Assembly (NCBI RefSeq): GCF_009914755.1 | Contig: NC_060936.1 | Source: the human T2T-CHM13v2.0 reference genome, Homo sapiens | Length of the DNA: 64,000 nt | Reading direction: 5' to 3' (one strand) | Shown here: positions 48,825 to 64,000 of the stretch, piece after piece | Position numbering within the stretch: the first letter of the stretch is position 1 | How the letters are laid out: each line of letters opens with the position of its first letter | The notes under the pieces: model-generated | Told to the model about the DNA's origin: nothing | What the model saw: the letters and a program-made list of their open reading frames with translations, nothing else | Database searches by the model: none | Made by a program: the position numbers and the translations under genes

Positions 48825-51800
48825 CCTGAGCGGCCTCTTTTCTAGGGTCAAGATGACCACACTCCACCCAAGGACAAAAGCCCCATGGGAGCTCACTGTC
48901 CTGCAGGAGAGGAGCAGACCCACCTCCAAGAAGATGATTGTTTCTTTTCATGGCTCTTCTCTGAGAAATGAAGCCACACCACGATACAGTCTTGAAGAGG
49001 AAGCCGGGAATGGGAGATGGCAACAATCCCTGTTATGGGAACGCCGGCCTCTCTGGACAAGCCACCGGTTCGGCACCCCTCCCCTTGTGCCTGTGGAGGT
49101 GGCAAAGTGCTGTATCCTACCTGGGCTCTGGCCCCTGGTCTGTCTTCCCTCTTGCTCTGTCTCCCCTGTTTCTGAGGGGCCTAGATGCATCTAGGTCTGG
49201 CTGAATGTCTTCAACAAAGATCACTTTCCAGTCCATCAGGGAGACACTTGGTGGACATGCGCATCACGATTTTTTCTCTTTCCCAACATGTTTCTGCTTG
49301 ATTGGGCTGGTTGGATGACCCTGGAGGGCTTGACTTCCATAGGTGTCTCAGACAGGCAAGCTACCTTGGTCTCCATGTTTCACCTCATCGGTTGGTGGAT
49401 TGCCTAGAATGAGCAGTAGGCCACTGTGACCAGCCTAGTCTTCTAAGACAGGCAGTGTCACATTTCATCTGCACTTCCAGTCTTATTATTGAGAAACATT
49501 CTCTCCTCTGCTCCTGGGTGGACTGACTCCCTGAATCTTTTGGCCCCCTCCTGGATCCAGGTGTTCTTTGATTTTCCTTGGCATTGATGGAAAGGTCACT
49601 TGTGCCCCCCTTCCACATGGCACATGCCTGAACACCATCTTGTGTTTCACCATCACCCCATATGCCTTCGGTGACATGCATTCACACCATCTGCTCTGGG
49701 ATACGCCAGTGCCATGCATATTGGAATTGACTCCACTTTGGAATTGCCCTTGACCCTGTTTGCATGTGTCCTGGAAAGAGGTATCAGCTTGCAAGTGCCC
49801 CAGAGCTTTTACAACTGGGGCAGGCGACTGCTCTTTCAAAGGAGGAGGGAGGCAGAGGGCTCATGGGTCAGTGATTTTTCTGCTGACACCACACCTTGAG
49901 GCCCATGTGATCATTCTGCCCTGCAACGAGGCCCTTCCTTTCTCAGCAGATGTGGTGAGCTCATCCTTCTTCACCCGGATTGGTCCAAAATTGGATCTTA
50001 AGAGGGGTCTTGAGATGCCAGCAGGTGCCCTGAAGCTCTCCCTCCACTGGTGGAAGTCAGCTCAAGGAAGTCTTTAAGACAGGACTCCTCGGGATTTGGC
50101 CCTGGGACCCCCATGGCCCTCCCTCCCCTGCCGCCCCCTACTGGAACCTGCATCCCGCCATCGCCACAGCTGCAGCAGGATTCCCCCTGCCACTGTGCTG
50201 TCACCATTGTTTAAAGGGGCCACAGACTGTCTTCCAGGAGTGCAACGCGAGTCTGCCCAGCAAATGCCTATCCGCAAGGCTCTAGCTGATTCTCCCATCA
50301 CATTGATTTCCATGTTTGTCTTAGAATCCAGTCCCTGAGACTTGGCAAAGCAGGAGTTCTCTGTGGCCCTGCTTCGTTGTTGGGGCTCTGAGCCTCCAGC
50401 CTGACTCGCAAGGGTTTTAATACCCTTCCCATCCTCAGCTGCCTCTTTGCTAGGATCAAGATGACCACAACCCAGCCAAGGACAAAGACCTCACAGGTGC
50501 TCATTGTCTACCCCCAGGAGGGTGCCCACAGACCTTCAAGAAGATGATTTTCACTCCTCTTGCACTTTGCCCTCATTCAGAAATCCAGGAACAGTTCGAC
50601 ACAGCGACAGAGAAGGAAGCCGGCAACGGGATGCGGCAAGCATTTCTGTCACCCAAACGCTGGCATTCCTGGCCAAGTCACCCGCTTGACACTTTTTCCC
50701 GGATTCCCGTGATGGTGGCATTGTGCCGTATCCTGCCTGGGTGCTGGCCTCTAGTCTGTCCTCCCTCTTGCTCTGTCTGCCCAGGTTCTGGGAATCCTAG
50801 AGGCTTCTTAGTCTGGCTCAATGTCTTCAACAAAGAACACTTCCCAGTCCATCAGGGAGAAATTTCTTTGGGGTCCGTTTCATGATTGCTTTCCTCTCCA
50901 AACCTATTTCTGGATGACGAGGCAGGTGTGATGATCCTGGAGCTCTGGGCTTCCATACCTGTCTTGGACAGAGAAGCTCCCTTGGTCTCCATATCCAAAG
51001 TGATGGCTGCGTAGTGGGTCCAGGAAGAGCAGGAGGCGACCCGACCTTGGCTGACCTTTGTTTTCTAGGAAAGGCAGTGTTGCATCCCACCTGTACTTCC
51101 TCTCTCATTTCTGAGGGCCATCCAGTTGCTCTGCTCCTGGGGAGAGTGCCTTCAAGCACTGAATCTTTTGGCTGCCACAGATGTCAGGGAACCGAGAGGA
51201 CTGGGTTTTGCTGGGTGCAGGGGAGTTGGCATCAGAGGTACCTACCCGCTGGCAGGATTGGGGTCGGATGTACTTTGTCGAAACCTCTGGGCCCCTCTGG
51301 CAAGCATCCCTGAATGTGGCTTGGACTCGGGCACAGGCCCTGTCTCGCAGGTTTTTAGGTGTGCTTGGCTTTTCCTCAGCTTTCTGTGGGAGGTCCCTGT
51401 GGCCCACGGACACACACCTGGACGTCACTGTCTTTCTCGGCATCGCCCCATATGGCCTCAGAGACACACGCTCATTCTGTCTGCTCTTGGGTGACCCCAG
51501 TGCCACGTGTGGTCACATTGGCTCCATCTCGGACTCGCCTCTGTCTCTCTTTGCACATGTGGCGGAAAGCAGTTTCGGGATGCCAGAGCCCCGGGCGTTG
51601 GAGATAAAGGCAGACCACTGCTCCACCCAGGAAGAAGGGAGGCAGTGGGCTCATGGGTCAGTGCATTTTCAGCCTACAGTACGCCTTACTGCCCTTGGGA
51701 TCTTTCTGTGCCCCAGCGAGACCCTTCCCGCCTCACTACATTGTAACCCCATTCCTGATCACCCGTTCGGATCCATAATCAGATCCGAAGAGGAGTCCAG

Positions 51801-51989
51801 AGAGCCCAGCGGCACCCTGAAACTCCTCCTCCACCAGGAACTGAAGCAGAAGACGGATCGAGAAGGTCCTGATGACAGGACTCCTATGGGTCCAACCCTG
51901 GGTATCCTGCAGGCCCCCTCCTAGTACCCTTCCCACTCGCCGCCTCGGACTGTACCGCCGCCCCAGTCCCCTCAGTCAGCTGTGTTGAA

Positions 51990-52063
51990 GCCATTTTTTA
52001 AAGGGTCCGCAGCCTGACTCTCCGGAGCAAGGGCGGAGTCGGCCTCGTCAGTGCGCATGCGCG
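51990..52063. promoter_or_regulatory. Candidate promoter module, unit D (YY1-like, GC box, full NRF1 site)
   Basis: GCCATTTT 51990, GGGCGG 52031, TGCGCATGCGC 52052-52062 in a CpG-rich stretch. Confidence 0.6.
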
Positions 52064-52404
52064 AGGTCCGAGCCGCCGCTTTGGTAACAGTGTCCCGCAC
52101 TGCGGCCCAGAAATAGGTCCCTGAGACTTGGCAAAGTAGAAGCCTTGTGTGATAGTGCGTCAGAGTCGAGGCTGAGAGCAGTCCTGGCCAGGGTGTTAAC
52201 AGGATGGTCTCTGGAGACCGGTATTCTCGGAGGGTCGACAACCAGGAAGAAACCTCAGGAGCAAGAAACCTCAGGCAGATCGCAGGGGAGGCAGCGCAAG
52301 ATCCCAGCCTCAGGCCAGGATTTGCGGAGGGTTGATGAGGCCCCTCTCCCAATCTTCACTTCACCAGCCACTGCCCCAGTCCCCGCAGCCGCCGATCCGC
52401 CATC

Positions 52405-52545
52405 ATTTATTATTATTTTTTAATAGTCGGAGTCTCACTCTGTCACCCAGTCTGGAGTGCAGTGGCGGGATCTCAGCTCACTGCAAACTCTGCCGCCTGG
52501 GTTCAAATGATTCTCTTGCCTCCGCCTCGCGAGTACCTGGGATTA
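52405..52545 (-). mobile_element. Alu right-arm fragment inside SST1 unit D
   Basis: ggagtctcactctgtcacccag..gagtacctgggatta. Confidence 0.85.
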
Positions 52546-53908
52546 GAGGGATTAATCAGAGTCGAGGCTGAGAACAGTCCTGGCCAGGGCATCAACAGGA
52601 TGATCTCTGGAGGCCGGGATTCACGGAGGGTCCTCCAAGAGGAAGAAACCGCGGGCGGAGGGCCGAAGAAGCAGGGCGGGATCCCAGCCTCAGGTCTGCA
52701 TGGACGGTGTGCCAGTGAATCTCTTCAAAAAAGGAGAGGTTTGCTTGTGTGCCCATGAGCTGCACTCTCACCGGTGGGTCGTAGGTGCGGAGAGCAGAAC
52801 ACGGCAGCTTCAGGGGCTGCATGGGGGTGGGTGTTACCGTGCCACTGCCCTATGTCTTTGTGTGTTTGTGTATGTGCGTAAGTCTCTCTCTTATTTCTCT
52901 CTCTCTCCTTTCTCGCTCTTTCGCTCTGTGCCCGTCTGTGTGTGCGTGTGTGTGTTGGGACACATGTGCCCTGTGTGCCAGAGGGCGGTATCTTGTACGT
53001 CGGTCTTTCTTCTGGTCACCCTCTCCCAGCCTCTCTGCCTGGGTCTCGTGGCCAGTTGTCAGTAGTTTTTCCGGTGGTTCTAGTTTGGGCTTGTGAAGGT
53101 CTGGATGAAGTGGGGAGCTGCGTCTATCTCATAAGGATTTAAATCACCTCCACACACTGAGAGGCCTCTTTTCTAGGATTAAGGCCTCCACCCCCGAGCC
53201 AAGTATAAAAGCCTCACTGGAGAGGTCATTGTCTACCTACAGGAGCTGTGTAGAGTGACCTCAAAAAAGATGGTTCTCATTCGTCTCTCTCTTTCATCTG
53301 CTTAATAAATCTAGCCACAGGGTAACACAGGTTTTGTGAGGATGGGAACGGGACTTGGCAAGGATCTGTGAGTGTGCAGGCTGTCTTTCACATATCATTA
53401 AACATAGTCTAGTGAGGGTTCTGCAGATAGCTGGCATTTAGGTTTGTTTTACTGAATCAAGGAAAAGAAAAAATGCCGAGAAAAAATGACACAACTTGCC
53501 TGCCAGCCTATCTGATTGTTACAAATTTAATAGTAATTTTAATTTATCTTCTCATGTAAAGGTCCTTGGCAGTGATACCTAATTTCCTAAGATAGCCTTG
53601 CTTTATTTCGTATGATTAAGATGTCATGCATATCAGAGAATCTGGAAATTCTTCCCAATGCTGTCGACATACGTGATTAATCACATTACCAAAATAACAT
53701 GCCAAAGCAAACAACAGAAAATTATTTGTTACTTAGTTCCTTCAAATTTGTTTATCTAATTTGTGGTTCCTTCATGCACAAAACATTTCATGTGTGTCTG
53801 GCACTCTTCTGGTCACAAATTTCATCTTAAATAACCTAAGTATTGAAACGCTTGTGCCCTTTGATTGATTTTTCCCACATAAATACTTTGATAAAAAGCT
53901 ACATTGAA

Positions 53909-57052
<3,144 letters not shown>

Positions 57053-57499
57053 GCAAAAATATTTTTAATTACATTTTTTAAGAAAACAAAATATACACTT
57101 ACTGACTTGATACAAATGAATGACTTTTATAATCTACAGAAACCAAAAAAAAAAAAAAAAAAAACAACAACAATAATAAAAACCCACAGCTATTCTTCTT
57201 ATGTGAGTCTCTGGTGTCTCTGAGTTGTAAGAATTGTGAATTATGATTAATAACAAATATGCATGACAAGGACCCAATAAGAGATAGGCATTGATAAATT
57301 ACAAATCACATTTAGTGGAGTAAGGTCTTTAAAGTTGTACAAGAAAAAGAAAGAAAAAGAAAAGGCATTGAAAAACTGCATTGGCTACCAAAATGCTAAA
57401 GTTTACCTAAGTCCATTAATCAGCGCACACACACACACACATACACACGCAATGGATGTGTAAAATGGTCAACACGGTATTCCATGAACGTATCCTCTT

Positions 57500-57860
57500 A
57501 TAAATAGGTCTGTAGGGGTAAGAGATGAGGTTCTATAGTTCCTGGAATCAGGGATGGGGAATCTGTGGGGTCCCTGGGGTGAGAGATGAGGCTCTGTAGA
57601 TTAGTGATGGGTGGTCTTTTGGATAGTGATGAGATCCATGGAATCAATTCTTGTGGGTATGTAGGGTCAGTGATGAGGGAATCTGGTGTCAGTGATGGGA
57701 TGTGTGTGGAATCAATGAGAGAGTGTGGAATCAATGTGTGAAGGCCAGATTTGTGGTGTCATCTCTCAGGCTGACACATCCTGATCTGTGTCAGTGGTGG
57801 AAATTCTATGGGGTCAGAGTGTGACAGTCAGATCCCTGCCACTGGGTGTTCTGGGTCCAG
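57500..57860. repeat. Degenerate G-rich low-complexity repeat (tctgtggggtc/cagtgatggg motifs)
   Basis: Recurrent agtgatg(gg) and ctgt/ctat-gggg-tc words. Confidence 0.5.
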
Positions 57861-59029
57861 CCAAGGGCACAGATTCCCTTACCTGATCTTGGCTGGAGAG
57901 GCCCTTCTCAAGGACTCCTCGTGTGAAAGGTGGGTTGTCGGCGGTTTTTGTTTTTGTTTTGTTTTCTGATAGGGGTGGGTGGGTTGGCTTTTTCTTTTGG
58001 GTTTTGTTTTGTCTCTTAGAGACCACAGACACATCCAGCTTTTAGGAAGACATTTTTGTCTGGGCGATCGCTAGGTCCTTTGGGCCAAGCCATCTAATGG
58101 GAACGAAGCTGACCATTCACTCAGCACAGTTCAGATCTAGATGGCCGCTTTAAGGGGTCCACTCGGGGACATGCAAGTGGGTTGTGGCTTTGAGTGGCAG
58201 GTGGGCGGGAAGAAACAACTAAGAAAGACACACGAGAGGTCCTCAGGCTTGTTCTGTCACAGTTAGAAGAACAGCCTCCTTAACCCATCAGGCGCCAATG
58301 GGAGGTGCCTCTGGGCTGCAAGAGGCTGGCGGAGGGGGACTTCCAGACCCAGAAAGTCTGGGCACAGAAGCCTATTACTGCTAGACGTTGAGGAGTTGCC
58401 GTGGGAACCAAGGGCCTTTCGGGTCAGATCAGAGCCTTTCTCAGACAATTCTTTGGGTAACTGGCAAGCTCCTCTCCAGTGCATGCCCCTATGAATGCTT
58501 AGTGTGCCATCTCGGGCAGAGTCTTCTTTGGTCTGAGAGCCACTTGTTTCTTAAATCCCTGCGCTAATCTCGCCATCTGCTCCTACGTAGCCCAGGCATT
58601 TGCCGCATGCTGGTCCTTTCTTTCCTGACAGGAGGGCAATCTCTCTCCAGCTTCTGGGAGGACAGTTCAAATTATGGAGGAGGGGGTGGGTGCAGGGCAG
58701 CAGTGCCCAGGGGAGTATGGGGGAGTTGGGGGAGCAGGGGCTCATTTTTCTTTGTAGCTCAGATTCCCAAGCCTGTGACTTTGAGAATCTTTGTCTTCCT
58801 TGCTACGTTTCAATCTGAGGCTCTTGGGGAGAGGGCAGAGTTGGAGCCAGATGGAAAAGTGGTGGGGAGAGGAGTGGGTGGAGGGAACATGGAGAATGTT
58901 TCAGGTGGTGTCTTTATTCCTGGCACCTTACTTTGCCTACTGGATTTTCCCAGTCTGTTCCAGACGCACTCTCTAGACCCTGAGGGGGCCTGAGGAGGCA
59001 TGTTAGTTGCCAGTGTGGTGGAGATGGAG

Positions 59030-61720
<2,691 letters not shown>

Positions 61721-61839
61721 TCAAACCAAATATAATGTTTATGCATTACACACTTGATTTCTTTCCAAAGGGTTATATAACACTGTACTTTCACCAGCAA
61801 TATATGCGACTACTCATTTCCTACATACTCACTATCACT

Positions 61840-62385
61840 TGTGTGCAGTCAAGGAAACTTAGTAGGCCTGAATTGCCCAAACCTGGCATACTCCAAAGAA
61901 TGGTGTGACTCTAGCCCATCTCCTGGGAAATAACCTCTAAGTCCTTGGAATCTCCTGCCTATCTGGGAGTTAACAATGTGATTTATTGTGGGGACCTTGG
62001 ACCATGCAGTGTCAGCTTGACCTTGGGAAGGGTGGAGACAGAGAAACTAAGGTCATCCAAATGGGTTCTCTTGTCCATGAGACTAACCTCCAGTAAAACC
62101 CTCAACCCCAAGGCTCCGGTAAGCTTCTTGTTGGGGAGTATTTTCTGTACTTTCTGCCACATATCGCTGGGTGAATTAAGCATTGGTCACATGATGCCAC
62201 TGGGAGAGGACAACAGGAAGCTTGTGCTTGGTTTCTCCTGGACTCTGCCCTATGCACCTTTTTCTGCTGCTGATTTTAATCTGTATCCTTTTGTTGTAAT
62301 AAACTATAACTATGAGTATAACAGCTTGACTCAGTTTTGTGAGTCCTTCTAATCAATCACTGAACTTTTGGTACCCCAAAACACA
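61840..62385 (+). mobile_element. ERVL LTR of the MER21/MER77/MER68 group
   Basis: aacctctaagtccttggaatctcctgcct..tgtaataaactataactatgagtataacagc..tgtgagtccttcta. Confidence 0.7.
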
Positions 62386-62597
62386 AGGTTGTTTCTTAAT
62401 TGAATTTTCCATATTATGTAAGAAACCTACGTGCATAATTGAAAATCCTACACTAAGAAAGAGCTTTCCATGCAGTGTACTCCCCACCCTGTTTCTCCAA
62501 TGCTCCCAAGTCTACTTTCTGAATAACCAAATATTTAAATTTTCTAAACTATTTATAATCTATATATCTGAGTGCTTATCCGTTATATAATAGGTAG

Positions 62598-63360
<763 letters not shown>

Positions 63361-63429
63361 ACTCACTATTTTCAATGGCTCTGTTGGTTACCATTCACAA
63401 CATTCAACAATTAGACTTATATCTCATTT

Positions 63430-64000
63430 ATTTATTTTTAATTTTTTTCTGTTTTTAGGTTTAAGGGATACATGTGCAGGCTTGTTACATGGGTAAATTG
63501 CATGTCACTTGGGTTTGGTGTACAAATGATATAGTCACCCAGGTAGTAACCACAGTACCCAATAGTTTTTTGACCCATAGCCTCATGCCACCCTCCCCAC
63601 TCAAGCAGGCTCCAGTGTCTATTGATCCCATCTCTGTGTCCATGTGTACTCAATGTTTAGCTCCCACTTATAAGTGAGACCATGGGCTATTTGGTTACCT
63701 GATGCTGCATCAATTTGTTTAGGATAATGGCCTCCAGCTGCATCCATGTTGCTTCAAGGGCCATGGTTTCTTTTTCTACGGCTATGTAGTATTCCATGGT
63801 GTATAATTACCACATTTTTGTTATCCAATCCACTGCTGATGGGCATCATATATGCCACTTCAAACTATACTACCAGGCTACAGTAACCAAAATAGCATAG
63901 TAGTGGTACAAATACAGACACATAGACCAATGGAATAGGTTAGAGAACCCAGAAATAAATTCACACACATACAACCATGTGATCTTTGACAAAGTCAACA
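63430..64000. mobile_element. Primate L1 (L1PA13-16-like): 3' end on - (63430-63846) joined to inverted ORF2 on + (63842-64000)
   Basis: gatacatgtgcaggcttgttacatgggtaaattgc (L1 3' UTR reversed), then cttcaaactatactaccaggctacagtaaccaaa (ORF2 FKLYYQATVTK sense). Confidence 0.88.

Larger units (their letters stand above)
44438..53366 (+). repeat. SST1/NBL2-type macrosatellite array: units A 44438-46823, B 46824-49032, C 49033-50648, D 50649-53366
   Basis: Unit start (tcactggaa..gctggcc and variants) recurs; GC-rich core plus (GT)n/(CT)n segment; translations match FAM27 family peptides. Confidence 0.88.

Noticed and set aside
45421-50135. PRDM9 13-mer CCNCCNTNNCCNC in SST1 units
   Set aside because: Only near matches found by eye (~45428-45440 minus strand, ~50118); a PWM scan is needed
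44790-51924. Long ORFs of 200-267 aa in SST1 units (e.g. 47206-48009, 51181-51924)
   Set aside because: GC-rich repeat; frames are not preserved across units, several starts are non-ATG, and no domain was recognised

Overview
Primate (human-like) pericentromeric mosaic with no convincing protein-coding gene and nothing prokaryotic. Repeat family names are recalled from consensus sequences, not from a search. 1-17.6 kb is AT-rich and Alu-poor, with old L1M/L2/MIR, an LTR33-flanked ERVL provirus, THE1 and MER4/MER57. 17.9-26.2 kb is Alu-dense and joined on through a TSD-less Alu. 26.25-36.27 and 40.54-44.44 kb are diverged monomeric ~171-bp alpha satellite with no CENP-B box seen. 36.28-40.54 kb holds two old SST1-related units. 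44.44-53.37 kb holds four SST1/NBL2 (FAM27-type) macrosatellite units. 53.4-64 kb is Alu-dense again. Best signal: the SST1 unit looks like a tandemly amplified mini-gene (NRF1/CCAAT promoter, GTGAGT donor, ~0.5-kb microsatellite intron, pyrimidine-TAG acceptor, ATG), and the six copies sit at different stages of decay. Several rearrangement junctions carry mechanistic scars.
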